Assembly: GCA_025928515.1 (NCBI GenBank)
Contig: JAICJI010000007.1
Span: 1,335 to 65,334, forward strand
Source: Thermoleophilia bacterium
GTDB taxonomy: Bacteria > Actinomycetota > Thermoleophilia > Gaiellales > Gaiellaceae
DNA: 64,000 bases
Direction: 5' to 3'
In this document: positions 63,221-64,000 of the stretch, one piece after another
Numbering within the stretch: the stretch's first letter is position 1
How the letters are laid out: each line of letters opens with the position of its first letter
Made by a program: the position numbers and the translations under genes
The notes under the pieces: model-generated
What the model saw: the letters and a program-made list of their open reading frames with translations, nothing else
Database searches by the model: none
Told to the model about the DNA's origin: nothing

Positions 63221-64000
63221 CTAGGACGGTGTGACGCGACGAGCGTCGAACACGCCCTCGACGTTGCGGAGCGATGTGAGGAGCCCGCGGAGCGCCTTGA
63301 CGTCGCCGACCTCGGCGACGTACCAGTTCCGCGCCATCTGGTCGTCGACGGTCCCACCGTACGAGACGATGTTCGAGCCGTGCTCGGCGAACGTCCGCGC
63401 AACGTCCTCGAGCAAGCGCGGGCGATCCCAGGAGTCGACGGCGATCTGGACGCGGAAGCTCTGGCTGCCGCCTCCCTCCCACTCGACCGGTGTGAACCGC
63501 TCGGGGTTGCGGCGCAGCGCGCGCACGTTCGGACAGTCGCCGCGGTGGATCGTGATCCCCTTGCCGAGCGAGATGTAGCCGACGATGTCGTCGCCGGGAA
63601 CCGGTGTGCAGCACTTCGCGAGTCGCACGAGGACGTCCTCGACGCCGATCACGTTGATGCCGTAGCTGTCGCTGCCGGCAGCCTCGCGGGCGCGCGGCTT
63701 CTTGACCGGAACCTGCTCCTCGGCGACCTCGGCGACCTTCAGCTGCTGGAGCACCTTGTCGACGATCTTCGACGCGGTCAGCTTCCCCGAGCCGAGGGCG
63801 ATGTAGAAGTCCTCCGCCTTCTTGAAGCCCGACTCGCGGATCACGCCGGCGAGGACGGCCGAGCCCGCGAGCTTCTTGTAGGGAAGGTTCTGGCCCTTGA
63901 GGGCGTTCTCGAGCAGCTCGCGGCCCTTCGCCTCGAGGTCCTCCTTCTGCTCGCGCGAGAAGAACTGGCGGATCTTGTTGCGGGCCCGCGACGAGGCAAC
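63221..64000 (-). CDS. rel: (p)ppGpp synthetase/hydrolase RelA/SpoT family, C-terminal part (gene runs off right edge)
   Basis: The frame is open to position 64000 (VASSRARNKIRQFFSREQKEDLE...). It contains the CC/ZFD motif LAKCCTPVPGDDIVGYISLGKGITIHRGDCPN and a C-terminal ACT/RRM domain. Confidence 0.9.
   Translation of the reverse strand, partial: VASSRARNKIRQFFSREQKEDLEAKGRELLENALKGQNLPYKKLAGSAVLAGVIRESGFKKAEDFYIALGSGKLTASKIVDKVLQQLKVAEVAEEQVPVKKPRAREAAGSDSYGINVIGVEDVLVRLAKCCTPVPGDDIVGYISLGKGITIHRGDCPNVRALRRNPERFTPVEWEGGGSQSFRVQIAVDSWDRPRLLEDVARTFAEHGSNIVSYGGTVDDQMARNWYVAEVGDVKALRGLLTSLRNVEGVFDARRVTPS

Overview
Very GC-rich bacterial chromosome segment, almost fully coding. Gene order is clearly actinobacterial: pyrR-pyrB-pyrC-carA-carB...mihF-gmk-rpoZ-coaBC, and uvrC...whiA-gap-pgk-tpi. 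The genome is probably a deep-branching Actinomycetota lineage (inference).

Most of the window is housekeeping. It includes:
- a MoxR/DUF58/transglutaminase triad
- a complete pyrimidine operon with a recognisable PyrR-binding loop
- RNase Z, two tRNAs (Arg-CCG, Gly-CCC), class I FBA and GlpX, argS
- a gap-pgk-tpiA-gpmI operon, whiA, ogt, pruA, uvrC, hemQ
- PMM/PGM and the 3' end of rel

The points that stand out:
1. A 1406-aa single-polypeptide protein with class III nucleotidyl cyclase, nSTAND NTPase, a predicted TM helix and WD40 propellers.
2. A ccmE-ccmF-ccmI-like cluster whose CcmE has the variant CxxxY heme-binding motif in place of HxxxY, with no ccmH. This is System I in a phylum that normally uses System II.
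3. A 725-bp non-autonomous IS-like element with 27-bp terminal inverted repeats and an 8-bp target duplication. It inserted exactly where a stop codon and a -35 hexamer overlap.
4. A small TM+LysM gene with two perfect LexA (Cheo) boxes and an apparently leaderless promoter.
5. An exact 19-nt AT-rich palindromic sequence present in-frame in two unrelated genes (pyrK 3' end and argS).
6. A secreted family G1 (eqolisin) glutamic peptidase in a small islet next to tRNA-Arg.
7. An Erm-like rRNA methyltransferase.

No CRISPR array, rRNA, prophage or intact transposase was seen. Many long alternative-frame or antisense ORFs in the track are high-GC artefacts. All family assignments come from reading motifs by eye, with no searches run. 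Start codons are often uncertain by tens of nucleotides.
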